From positions 1 through 32,000 of the forward strand of contig CAZQEL010000004.1 of NCBI GenBank assembly GCA_964591795.1: 32,000 nt of DNA. The letters run 5' to 3'. The translations under genes and the position numbers were made by a program. Of this stretch, positions 8,747 through 17,578 are shown in pieces. The stretch is from an uncultured archaeon (GTDB taxonomy: Archaea; Iainarchaeota; Iainarchaeia; Iainarchaeales; CSSED10-239). The notes under the pieces are model-generated. The model was not told the DNA's origin and did not search any database. It saw only the letters and a list, made by a program, of their open reading frames with translations. The first letter of the stretch is position 1, and each line of letters begins with the position of its first letter.

Positions 8747-9633
8747 ATTTTACACTTTATAGTTTTTACAAGTTCATCAGTAATATCTATTTTTTCTGCT
8801 TTGTTTTCTAATGTATTTGTTGAAATTATTTTGCCATACTTCTTAAGCTTATTTAGTGATCCTTCAGCAAACACACCGTGTATTCCAATTATATATGTTT
8901 TATGTGGTTTATATTTTTGTAATTGTTTTAGATTTTCTATCATTGTGTGTCCTGTGCTTATAATATCATCTATGATTATTAGATCTTTTCCTTTAATGTT
9001 TACATTTTTTGGTAAACTAATAGATACTTTTCTTGCGCTCTGTCTTTCTTTTAAAGCAATTACTGGTTTTTTCTTAAATGCTTTTGCTACATTTACTACC
9101 CATTGTAGACTTTCCATATCTGGGCCTACAAATATTGGATCTTTTAATTTTTGTTTTTTAAGATATTTGATAATTGATTGATCTAATGTAATATTTACTC
9201 CATTTCTTAAAGCATTTTTTATATTTTTAATTCTATGAAGATGAGGATCTACACAAAATATTTTATCACACTCTTTAAATAATTCATTCATTACTTTTAT
9301 TGAAACACACTCTCTTTTTCTAAATCTTTTATCAGATCTAAAATATGGAAAATATGGTGCAATAAGATATATTTTTTTTGCTTTAAGATCTTTTGCTGTA
9401 TAAATAGAAAATAAAGTTTCAATAATTTTATCATTTAATGTTAATTCTTTTGTATTTTGAAAGTTTTGAACTAAAAATACAATTTTGTTTTTAATACTGT
9501 TTGTAAATTGAATATCAAACTCACCATCTGGAAATTTAATTGATTTTAATTTTGAAAAAGGTTGTTTCATTTTTTTTGCTATTTTTTTACCTATCTTTTC
9601 AGATCCAAAACAAGCTATAATTATACTTATCAC
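8743..9633 (-). CDS. prs: Ribose-phosphate pyrophosphokinase (PRPP synthase)
   Basis: 296 aa. FPDGEFDIQF near the N-terminus and the PRPP loop DLIIIDDIISTGHT. The start codon at 9633 is GTG, with no nearby in-frame ATG. Confidence 0.85.
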   Translation of the reverse strand: MISIIIACFGSEKIGKKIAKKMKQPFSKLKSIKFPDGEFDIQFTNSIKNKIVFLVQNFQNTKELTLNDKIIETLFSIYTAKDLKAKKIYLIAPYFPYFRSDKRFRKRECVSIKVMNELFKECDKIFCVDPHLHRIKNIKNALRNGVNITLDQSIIKYLKKQKLKDPIFVGPDMESLQWVVNVAKAFKKKPVIALKERQSARKVSISLPKNVNIKGKDLIIIDDIISTGHTMIENLKQLQKYKPHKTYIIGIHGVFAEGSLNKLKKYGKIISTNTLENKAEKIDITDELVKTIKCKI

Positions 9634-10111
9634 CTTTTATAATGTATATTATTTTATACCCTTATATACTACCAAAGGTTTTTTAAAATATTGTATAGTA
9701 AGTCACAATTTATAAGATATATAGAATAAATTAGATTAAAAAATAATATATTTGATGTCTATAAATCAATTTTAAATATAAAAATATTTTAATAGAAGTT
9801 AAATATAATTAAAAATTTAAATATAAGCAAAAAGAACTGTTTGATTCCTTAAAAATTAAATAATTACTAATAGTATAATTTTTTTAAGTTAAATGAGTAT
9901 TTTTTACTTTTGATTCAACTCCCCAAAAGCTTATAAAAAATAATAAAAAGAAGAAAAGAAAATAGAACTAATAGAAGAAGATATATTAAATCAAATACAT
10001 TTTACTTTATTATAAGATTTACAAAAAATGATTAATGAACTTAATTTTAAAAATAAAATAAAAGAAGATTGGATTAATGCATTTAATAGAGTGGGTTTTA
10101 TAACAAATAAT

Positions 10112-10636
10112 CTAAATTTTGTTTGAGGTTAACTTTGTATTTATAATTCCATCATTAAGTCTTTTTATGTTTCTTAAAATATCTTTCTGAAATGTTTTAT
10201 AAAGTGAGTTTGTTCTAATAAGATACTTCATATACTCTTTAAGTCTATCAGTTTGAATTAAAAATACATTTTTAGAAGATATAAATGCTAATTTTACTTT
10301 TAAAATATCTTTTTTGAATTGAAGTTAATTTAATTTAGAGTAACTTGGAATTAGTTTATCTCCATAAAATCTGAAAAAATTATAAACTAAACAAGAGCTT
10401 ACTTTTAAAATTTGCTTGTTAATTTCAAAAATAAATGCAGGGGTTATATAAGAATTTCTTTTTAGGATTATTTTTAAATAATTAAAAGAATTAAGACTTT
10501 TTCTTTTTTAAACAAAAAATAAGTTTGTGCAAGAGCAACTTTTTCTTTAGTTGTGTTTATTAATAAATTATGTGAATATAAATCTTTTACTGAAGATAAC
10601 TTTTTTTTAATAATATTGATTTTTGATTTAAACATA
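10112..10636 (-). pseudogene. Decayed ORF of unknown function (one frameshift in an A-run plus one in-frame TAA)
   Basis: ATG at 10636 gives MFKSKINIIKKKLSSVKDLYSHNLLINTTKEKVALAQTYFLFKKEK, then stops. A 1-nt shift in the TTTAAAAAAGAAAAAG run continues as SLNSFNYLKIILKRNSYITPAFIFEINKQILKVSSCLVYNFFRFYGDKLIPSYSKLN*LQFKKDILKVKLAFISSKNVFLIQTDRLKEYMKYLIRTNSLYKTFQKDILRNIKRLNDGIINTKLTSNKI*. Confidence 0.4.
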
Positions 10637-10674
10637 CGTGCTCAAATATCTAATATTTAAACTTATTTAAAAAG

Positions 10675-12063
10675 TTAACCAATCACTACTATTACTGGTT
10701 TTAATCTAGCTACTTTTTTAACTAATTTTGCAGTTTTCATAGAATTAACAACTTTAATTGAATTCTTATAAGCAGCTGGTTGTTCTTCACGAGCTAAATT
10801 TTCAGAAACGTTTTCTAAAATAATATTGTTTTTTTCCATTAAAATTTTTAAATCTTTAAAAGAAATTCTCTTTTTAGCATCAGTTCTAGATATATTCCTT
10901 CCAGAACCATGTGCAACAGACATAAATGTTTCTTTAACTCCTTTATCAGGAATTAACACATAACTATAGTCTAACATTGATCCAGGTAAAATTATTGGAG
11001 CACCTGTTTTTTTAAAAGGATTTTTAGAAGATAAATCTTCTGGTAAAAATACTCTTGTAGCCCCTTTTCTTGTAATTAAATATTCTTTATTAAAATGTTT
11101 TTCAATAGTTGCAAGATTATGAGTTAAATCATATAATAATGAAAATTTAATTCGTGAAGTTAAGCCTAAAACTTTATTAAACGCTTCTTGTATTTTATAA
11201 GTTAAGACCGTTCTGTTTACAAAAGCAAAATTTGCAGCTGCAAGCATAGCTTTATAATAATCAGAGCCCACTTTAGATGAAATCAAAGAGTAACCTAATC
11301 CATGGGTTTTTTTTAATAATTTATAATAATCAGATGCAATTTGATGCCCTAGCCCACGAGATCCAGAATGCATTAAAATTACAAGTTGACCTTTTTCTAA
11401 TCCAAAATAATTTGCAACTTCTAAATTAAAAATAGAATCAACTGATAACACATCAATAAAATGATTTCCTTGACCTAGAGTGCCTACTTGTAGTTTTCCT
11501 CTTTTTAAAGCTTCTTTTGATATTTTTGAAACAATAGCATTTTTAAAAAAACCATTATTATACATATGCCTTAAATCTGATTTTGAACAATATTTTTTGG
11601 ACACACACCAATTAGCTCCTGTTGTTAATATTAAATTATAATCTTGATTAGTTATTTTTATACCTTCATTTGAAAGACCCAAAGGTAAATTTTTTAATTC
11701 CTTTGAAAGTAATTGTAAATTTTGTTTAGATATATCTTTAATATTAAGATTAGTTTTTATTAATCTAATTCCACAATTTATATCATAACCAACAGCATCG
11801 GAACTAATAATTCCTTTTTTTGAATCTGTTGCAAAAACAGATCCTATAGGTACACCAAATCCTACATGAATATCAGGCATTGCTAAAATTGGTGATATTA
11901 CTTCTGGAATTTCTGAAATTGACAGTAATTGTTCAAAAGCGTTGTTATGAATATTAAAAAAAAGAGATTTATTCGAAACTATTTTAATTTCTTTATTATT
12001 TTTTAAAATTGTAAAAAAACCTTTTTTAAAAATAAAACTATTATGCATACAAAATATATACAT
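10675..12063 (-). CDS. rtcB: RtcB-family RNA 3'-phosphate ligase (tRNA-splicing ligase)
   Basis: MPDIHVGFGVPIG, GYDINCG, GQGNHFID, HSGSRGLGHQ, HGSGR, C-terminal KPVIVVIG. The start could be ATG 12063 or ATG 12048. Confidence 0.9.
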   Translation of the reverse strand: MYIFCMHNSFIFKKGFFTILKNNKEIKIVSNKSLFFNIHNNAFEQLLSISEIPEVISPILAMPDIHVGFGVPIGSVFATDSKKGIISSDAVGYDINCGIRLIKTNLNIKDISKQNLQLLSKELKNLPLGLSNEGIKITNQDYNLILTTGANWCVSKKYCSKSDLRHMYNNGFFKNAIVSKISKEALKRGKLQVGTLGQGNHFIDVLSVDSIFNLEVANYFGLEKGQLVILMHSGSRGLGHQIASDYYKLLKKTHGLGYSLISSKVGSDYYKAMLAAANFAFVNRTVLTYKIQEAFNKVLGLTSRIKFSLLYDLTHNLATIEKHFNKEYLITRKGATRVFLPEDLSSKNPFKKTGAPIILPGSMLDYSYVLIPDKGVKETFMSVAHGSGRNISRTDAKKRISFKDLKILMEKNNIILENVSENLAREEQPAAYKNSIKVVNSMKTAKLVKKVARLKPVIVVIG

Positions 12064-12159
12064 GTAATAGTTTATAAATTATTTTTTTGATAAAAATTAA
12101 AAAAATTGATTGTTAAATTAAATTAAATAATAAAATTATAAAATTATAGGTTATAAGGC

Positions 12160-13296
12160 TTATAATTCAATAAATTCATTTTTTTCTTTTGAAAGACTTT
12201 TTTGTAATGACTCTCTTTCAAGAGAATTTATATCTTTAATTTTTTTCTTAAGATCGCTGTTTAATTTTTCTGGAACATAAGCAGAAACTTTAACAAAAAG
12301 ATCTCCATAGGCATATCTTCTATTAATTACAGGTACACCATGATCTTTTAATTTAAAAGTAGTGTTATTTTTTGTTCCAGATGGAATTTTTAATTTAATT
12401 TTTTCTTTAAATCTATTTATTTTAATACTTGTACCTAACACTAAATCAGAATATGCTATTGATACTTCACAATAAAGATCAAAACCTTTTCTTTTAAAAA
12501 AACTATGCTCCTTTACTGAAATATTTAAAAATAAATCTCCTTTATGTGGTGTATGGTTATGCCCTTGTTCTCTTAATCTAATTACATCCCCATTATTAAC
12601 ACCTTGAGGTATTTCTACATTCAATGTTTTTTTACCCTTAACATATCCTTTAGCAGAACATTTTTGACAAGGATCTTTTATAACATATCCTTTTCCTCTA
12701 CAGGTAGAACATAAGTTTTCAACAGCAAACATTCCAAAAGGAGTTCTTTTTGTACTAGTTGTTCTCCCACGTCCATTACAGGTAGAACAAATATCTTTTT
12801 GCATATTAATAGAACCTGTTCCTGCACAATGACTACATTCAATATCTTTATAAAATTCAATTTTTTCTTTACCACCAAGTACGGCCATATCTAATGGAAT
12901 TTCTAAATTATAAACAAGATTTAAATCTTCTTGAGATTCTCTTCTTTGTCCTCTACCTCTTCCAGAAAACTGAGAAAAGAAACCACCACCATCATCATCA
13001 TCTGAAAACGAATTAAAAATATCTGAAAAGTCAAAACCTCCAAAACCCGAAAATCCACCTTGTCCAGCTCCACCAGAAAAAGCATCGTGGCCATAGGAAT
13101 CATATTGTTTTCTTTTATCAGAATCAGATAGTATTGAATAAGCGTTACTTATTTCTTTAAACTTTTCTGCATCAGCAGATGCTCCCGCTAAATCTGGATG
13201 ATGTTTTTTAGCAAGTTGTTTATATGCTTTTTTTATATCACCAATAGATGCATCCTTTGATACACCTAGAATTGAATAGTAATCTTTATCTTTCAT
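12160..13296 (-). CDS. dnaJ: Chaperone DnaJ (Hsp40, type I)
   Basis: J domain DYYSILGV...HHPD, G/F-rich linker, and a zinc-finger region with four CxxC-type motifs (CSHCAGTG, CSTCNGRG, CSTCRGKG, CQKCSAKG). Confidence 0.95.
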   Translation of the reverse strand: MKDKDYYSILGVSKDASIGDIKKAYKQLAKKHHPDLAGASADAEKFKEISNAYSILSDSDKRKQYDSYGHDAFSGGAGQGGFSGFGGFDFSDIFNSFSDDDDGGGFFSQFSGRGRGQRRESQEDLNLVYNLEIPLDMAVLGGKEKIEFYKDIECSHCAGTGSINMQKDICSTCNGRGRTTSTKRTPFGMFAVENLCSTCRGKGYVIKDPCQKCSAKGYVKGKKTLNVEIPQGVNNGDVIRLREQGHNHTPHKGDLFLNISVKEHSFFKRKGFDLYCEVSIAYSDLVLGTSIKINRFKEKIKLKIPSGTKNNTTFKLKDHGVPVINRRYAYGDLFVKVSAYVPEKLNSDLKKKIKDINSLERESLQKSLSKEKNEFIEL

Positions 13297-13330
13297 AAAT
13301 ATTCACAAAAAAAGAAAAAAAAAGAAAAAA

Positions 13331-15205
13331 TCATTTCTTTTCTTCAGTCTTATTATCTTTTTCTTCTGAAAAATCAGCATCAACAGTTTTAGTACCATCT
13401 TCATTTTCAGTAGTTTCTTTTTTTTGAGCAGCTTTTTCTGAAGATGCTTTTTCTGAAGATGCTTTTTCTGAAGATGCTTTTTTATAAACCTTTGATGAAA
13501 TATCATAAAGTTTCTTTTGTAAGGTTTCAGTCTTTTCAGAAAGATCACTTGCTTTTTCATCAATTGATTTTTGAAGATTTTCTTTTAAGGTTTCAAGTTC
13601 TTTTAAGTCAGCAGCATCAAGCTTATCTTTATTTTCCTTAATTAAACTTTCAACACTATAAATTAATGTTTCAGCCTTATTTTTTACTTCAATACCTTCT
13701 TTTACTTTTTTATCTTCTTCAGCATTATCTTTTGCTTCTTTTCTCATTCTTTCAATATCTGCTTCTGAAAGATTTGTTGTTGCAGTAATTTTAATTTCTT
13801 GTTTTTTACCAGTTCCAAGATCTTTAGCTGAAACATTTAAAATTCCATTTGCATCTATATCAAAAGCAACTTCAATTTGTGGAACTCCTCTTGCAGCAGG
13901 CAAAATACCAATAAGTTGGAATCTACCAAGTGGATTATTATCCTTTGCAAGTGGTCTTTCACCTTGTAAAATATTAATATCAACTGCAGTTTGATTATCT
14001 GCTGCTGTTGAAAAAATTTGTGCTTTTTTAGTAGGGATTGTTGTATTTTTTTCAATTAATTTTGTAAACACACCACCAAGGGTTTCAATACCTAAAGATA
14101 ATGGAGTAACATCTAAAAGTAAAATATCCTTAACATCACCAGCTAAAACACCACCTTGTATTGCAGCACCCATAGCTACAACTTCATCAGGATTAATAGA
14201 TTTATTAGCTTTTTTATTTGTTAATTTTTCAACAATATCAACTATTTTTGGAATTCTAGTTGAACCACCAACTAATATTAATTCATCTATCTTAGATATA
14301 TCTAATTTTGAATCTGCAATTGCATTTTTAACAGGAGTTTCAACTCTTTTAAAAAGATCTACACATAATTCTTCAAACTTAGCTCTTGTAAGCTCTGTGT
14401 TTAGATGTTTAGGGCCTACATTAGTTGCAGTTATATATGGAATATTAATTGTTGTTTTAACTGTTTGAGATAATTCTATTTTTGCTTTTTCAGCTTCGTC
14501 TTTAAGTCTTTGTAAAGCCATTTTATCAGAGGTTAAATCAATACCTTCTTTTTGTTTAAAATCCTTTACTAAATAATCAATTATTTTTTGATCAAAGTCA
14601 TCTCCACCTAAATGATTATCACCACTAGTAGATTTAACTTCAAAAATACCATCATCAAGTTCAAGGATAGAAACATCAAAAGTACCTCCACCAAGATCAA
14701 ATACTAAAACTGTATGTGCATGTTTCTTTTCAAGACCATAGGCTAAAGCAGCTGCTGTAGGTTCATTAATTATTCTTAAAACTTCTAAACCTGCAATTTT
14801 ACCTGCATCCTTAGTTGCTTTTCTTTGTGCATCTGTAAAATATGCTGGAACTGTTATAACTGCCTTAGATACTTTTTGACCAATTGCATCTTCTGCATCT
14901 TTTTTTAATTTTTGTAAAATCATTGCAGAAATTTCTTCAGGAGTATATTGTTTATCACCTAAAGTTACTTTATCAGAAGTACCCATTTTTCTTTTAATTG
15001 AATAAATTGTATTTAAGTGATTTGCAACCGCTTGTCTTTTTGCTAAAGAACCAACAATTATTTGATCATTAGCTAAAGCTACAACTGAGGGTGTTGTTCT
15101 TCCACCTTCTGAGTTAATTAAAATTTCTGGTTTACCTGCTTCCATTATTGAAACAGCAGAGTTTGTAGTTCCTAAATCAATTCCGATTATTTTTTCTTGT
15201 GCCAT
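13331..15205 (-). CDS. dnaK: Chaperone DnaK (Hsp70)
   Basis: [28 protein letters not shown] and the rest of the Hsp70 consensus. GGAGG lies 8 nt upstream of the ATG, inside the grpE 3' end. Confidence 0.97.
   Translation of the reverse strand: MAQEKIIGIDLGTTNSAVSIMEAGKPEILINSEGGRTTPSVVALANDQIIVGSLAKRQAVANHLNTIYSIKRKMGTSDKVTLGDKQYTPEEISAMILQKLKKDAEDAIGQKVSKAVITVPAYFTDAQRKATKDAGKIAGLEVLRIINEPTAAALAYGLEKKHAHTVLVFDLGGGTFDVSILELDDGIFEVKSTSGDNHLGGDDFDQKIIDYLVKDFKQKEGIDLTSDKMALQRLKDEAEKAKIELSQTVKTTINIPYITATNVGPKHLNTELTRAKFEELCVDLFKRVETPVKNAIADSKLDISKIDELILVGGSTRIPKIVDIVEKLTNKKANKSINPDEVVAMGAAIQGGVLAGDVKDILLLDVTPLSLGIETLGGVFTKLIEKNTTIPTKKAQIFSTAADNQTAVDINILQGERPLAKDNNPLGRFQLIGILPAARGVPQIEVAFDIDANGILNVSAKDLGTGKKQEIKITATTNLSEADIERMRKEAKDNAEEDKKVKEGIEVKNKAETLIYSVESLIKENKDKLDAADLKELETLKENLQKSIDEKASDLSEKTETLQKKLYDISSKVYKKASSEKASSEKASSEKAAQKKETTENEDGTKTVDADFSEEKDNKTEEKK
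13431..13475. repeat. Perfect 3 x 15-bp tandem repeat inside the dnaK 3' end (encodes ASSEK x3)
   Basis: gctttttctgaagat occurs three times back to back, followed by a partial fourth unit. It translates on the minus strand to [17 protein letters not shown]. Confidence 0.9.
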
Positions 15206-15208
15206 AAA

Positions 15209-15766
15209 TTATTCCTCCAAAATACCAATTATTACTTTTCCTGGCTTTATTATTTTATCATTATATGTATATGTATTTTCTAAAACATTTAATATTTTAT
15301 TATGTTTTTTTTTTTCATTAACTTTTATTGTTTGAGTACATTCTGCTAAGTTAAAATCAAACTCAGTATCTTTTAAGTTTATTTTTTTAATATTAAGCCT
15401 TGCTAAAATATTTGAATAGTTATCATTAAGAACAATTAAATTATTCTTAGCTGATTTATTTTCTTCATGATTAATTGCTTTTTCTAAAACATCTTTAAAA
15501 TTTAAAAATTCTAAAATTATTTTTGAACTTTTTTGAAATACAGTATTTTCAGTATCCTTAATAATTCTCTGTTTTGAATTAATGAAATCTGCAACTGTTC
15601 TTTTTAGTTGATCCTCTAAATTATTAATTTTATCTAAAAGTTCTTTTTCATTAGGAGTATCACTTACATCTGATTTTTCATCAATATCAGACACATTAGT
15701 ATCAATTGAATCTAAATTATCTAAACCAGTGACCTCATCTATATTTTCTGTGTTGTTTAATGCCAT
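15209..15766 (-). CDS. grpE: Nucleotide exchange factor GrpE
   Basis: 185 aa with an acidic N-terminus, a coiled-coil-like middle and a C-terminal beta region. It sits immediately upstream of dnaK-dnaJ, with a 3-nt gap to dnaK. GAGGT is 5 nt upstream of the ATG. The sequence match itself is weak. Confidence 0.7.
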   Translation of the reverse strand: MALNNTENIDEVTGLDNLDSIDTNVSDIDEKSDVSDTPNEKELLDKINNLEDQLKRTVADFINSKQRIIKDTENTVFQKSSKIILEFLNFKDVLEKAINHEENKSAKNNLIVLNDNYSNILARLNIKKINLKDTEFDFNLAECTQTIKVNEKKKHNKILNVLENTYTYNDKIIKPGKVIIGILEE

Positions 15767-15793
15767 AAAATTACCTCTTTTTTTAAAAATCAG

Positions 15794-15812
15794 GTGAAAA
15801 ATATTATTTCAC
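15794..15812. promoter_or_regulatory. Inverted repeat GTGAAA-N7-TTTCAC in the grpE-dnaK-dnaJ upstream region (candidate operator)
   Basis: gtgaaaaatattatttcac sits 28-46 nt upstream of the grpE ATG, downstream of TATA-like AT boxes on the minus strand. Confidence 0.3.
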
Positions 15813-15871
15813 AACTAAAATAATTAATGTTACAAAAGGTTTAAGTTTTTTGTGTCACAAGATTTATAAAA

Positions 15872-16252
15872 TTATGTTTTTTTTCTTGAAATTGGCTCTA
15901 AAATCATTAATTTTCCATCTGAATTGTAAGCCTTAAAATTAATTAAATCAAATGGAAAATATACAATTATATTTACATCCTTTGATTGGAAAAAAGAAAT
16001 ATCTGCATTAGATGCTCCTCCGTTACCAGATGGATGTGAGTGAACAGAACCTTTTATATTAAATGACATGGGAACCATATCAAGTCTTATTACTGCAGAA
16101 TTAGTATTACTTTTAGTCAAAGGAATAATATATATATCAGAAACAATATTACCTCTTAAAAATAACATTCCAGAAAACTCATTAGGATAACTACTTTTTG
16201 AAAATTCCATAATACTTTCTAAAACATCAATATATATAAACCATTTTGCCAT
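15872..16252 (-). CDS. Minimal JAMM/MPN+ metalloprotease
   Basis: 126 aa. Upstream Glu in YPNEFSGML, then HSHPSGNGGASNAD, a complete H-x-H-x7-S-x2-D JAMM motif. Confidence 0.8.
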   Translation of the reverse strand: MAKWFIYIDVLESIMEFSKSSYPNEFSGMLFLRGNIVSDIYIIPLTKSNTNSAVIRLDMVPMSFNIKGSVHSHPSGNGGASNADISFFQSKDVNIIVYFPFDLINFKAYNSDGKLMILEPISRKKT

Positions 16253-16393
16253 ATTATAATATACATCATTAAAGTATATATAAATTGTTAAAATTTAGTT
16301 ATTATAAATAAACTTGCTATTATTACTAAGGCAGCAAATGGGCTCAGAAAAAAATTTACTTATGCTAAATAAAAATAGAATATAATTATTTTT

Positions 16394-17578
16394 TTATAGA
16401 TAAAATAAAAGTGTTGGAAGCATAATATAGCCCATAAGCAAGACTCTAGATTTATTATATTGCAAAGGAATAGATCCTATAATATAGCTTAATAATAAAA
16501 AAGGAATAGCAGACAATCCAGAAATAAATATTACAAGCAGAACACAAAAAATGAATATTATTATATTAAATAAGTTTAAATTTAAATAACTAAAAAAATA
16601 AACAGTATTTTCTAAAATAGAACTTAAAATAAAAATAGTAATTCCCACTGATAAAATTATTGCAACCACATACAAAATTAAATCTATTTTTAAAATAATT
16701 TGATTTTTAGTTAAAAGTACAGCAATATACCCTAATCTTGGCTTGTTAAAAAATATTGCTAAAAAATAAGAATAAATTAATGCACTTATAGATATACTTG
16801 AAAATAAAATTAAATAAATATTAGACGATAAATTTGACTTAAATCTAGATACAATTGTACTTGCTTGAGAAGATGAAAATGAAGGTACTAAAATAATAAA
16901 AAGGGAAGATATAGAACCTATAAAAGACCACCAAAGAGATTTATTTAAAGGATAATTAAAATTGGCATTAATGACTTGTTTTGAAATTACTGGTTTTTCA
17001 AAAATGCTTTTTAATAATAAAGGCAATGAAAACAAACCAATAACACAAACAAACAAAGGCTCTTTTAATCCAAAATTATATTTTAAAGTAAATATACCTA
17101 AAGCTCCAGAAGATAATAAAATAAAAAATACAATTAACCTATCAAACATGGTTTTTTCAAAATACAAAAAACTTAAAAAAACAAAAATAATTGCAAAAGA
17201 AACAAAATAGTTAAACCCAATTAATGAAGAAAATAATAAATACAAAAAAGGAAGTAATAAAATTGCAAATATTGCTCCAAAAAAAGAACCTATAAAAGTT
17301 AATAAAAGAGCATTAAATGCTTTTCCTTTTAAATATAATCTATGTAATGGAAATAAATGCATTATATTTTCAACATTAGGAACTGAAAAAAAAGTTTGAG
17401 GTAAATAACTAGTTATTAATTGAGAAATTGATATGGATAAAAAAAAATAAAACCTATCAGGAAAAATAGTAAACAAACCAAAATATAGAAACAAATAGGC
17501 TACAAAATTAATGTGAAGCGCAGGAATTAATCCGAAAAGAACACCAGCACAAACACCTACAATTATATCAATTAGCAT
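16394..17578 (-). CDS. Polytopic membrane protein (roughly 11-12 predicted TM helices), possibly TctA/DUF112-like
   Basis: 394 aa, almost entirely hydrophobic. N-terminal GVCAGVLFGLIPALHINF resembles the G-x-x-PG-x-H-x-N start of archaeal DUF112 proteins as I recall it (weak). Overlaps the upstream gene by 11 nt. Confidence 0.45.
   Translation of the reverse strand: MLIDIIVGVCAGVLFGLIPALHINFVAYLFLYFGLFTIFPDRFYFFLSISISQLITSYLPQTFFSVPNVENIMHLFPLHRLYLKGKAFNALLLTFIGSFFGAIFAILLLPFLYLLFSSLIGFNYFVSFAIIFVFLSFLYFEKTMFDRLIVFFILLSSGALGIFTLKYNFGLKEPLFVCVIGLFSLPLLLKSIFEKPVISKQVINANFNYPLNKSLWWSFIGSISSLFIILVPSFSSSQASTIVSRFKSNLSSNIYLILFSSISISALIYSYFLAIFFNKPRLGYIAVLLTKNQIILKIDLILYVVAIILSVGITIFILSSILENTVYFFSYLNLNLFNIIIFIFCVLLVIFISGLSAIPFLLLSYIIGSIPLQYNKSRVLLMGYIMLPTLLFYL

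Noticed and set aside
7240-9181. Long plus-strand ORFs (151 aa at 7240-7695, 155 aa at 8714-9181) antisense to phi/hps and rpiB/prs
   Set aside because: They overlap well-supported minus-strand genes with strong family motifs. Their products are low-complexity, Phe/Ile/Ser-rich mirror translations. The same reasoning applies to 5550-5738, 6551-6748, 6886-7074, 12678-12878, 12921-13103, 13855-14055, 16962-17210, 17962-18174, 23142-23333, 24626-25012, 25919-26140, 28575-28901 and 29974-30249.
10112-10636. Programmed frameshift, stop-codon readthrough or an alternative genetic code
   Set aside because: TAA, TAG and TGA all terminate well-supported genes in this window. The break needs both a frameshift and a nonsense suppression, and a second interrupted ORF lies next to it. 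Pseudogenisation or an assembly error in the A-run is the simpler explanation.
9634-10674. Replication origin in the long AT-rich non-coding stretch
   Set aside because: I could find no repeated ORB-like boxes or long inverted repeats by eye, and no orc1/cdc6 gene is adjacent. The stretch is better explained by decayed coding sequence plus the prs promoter.
13303-13641. ORFs 13303-13563 (-) and 13444-13641 (+) with HLQKK / MLFLK repeats
   Set aside because: These are alternative-frame readings of the 15-bp tandem repeat inside the dnaK 3' end and are not independent genes.
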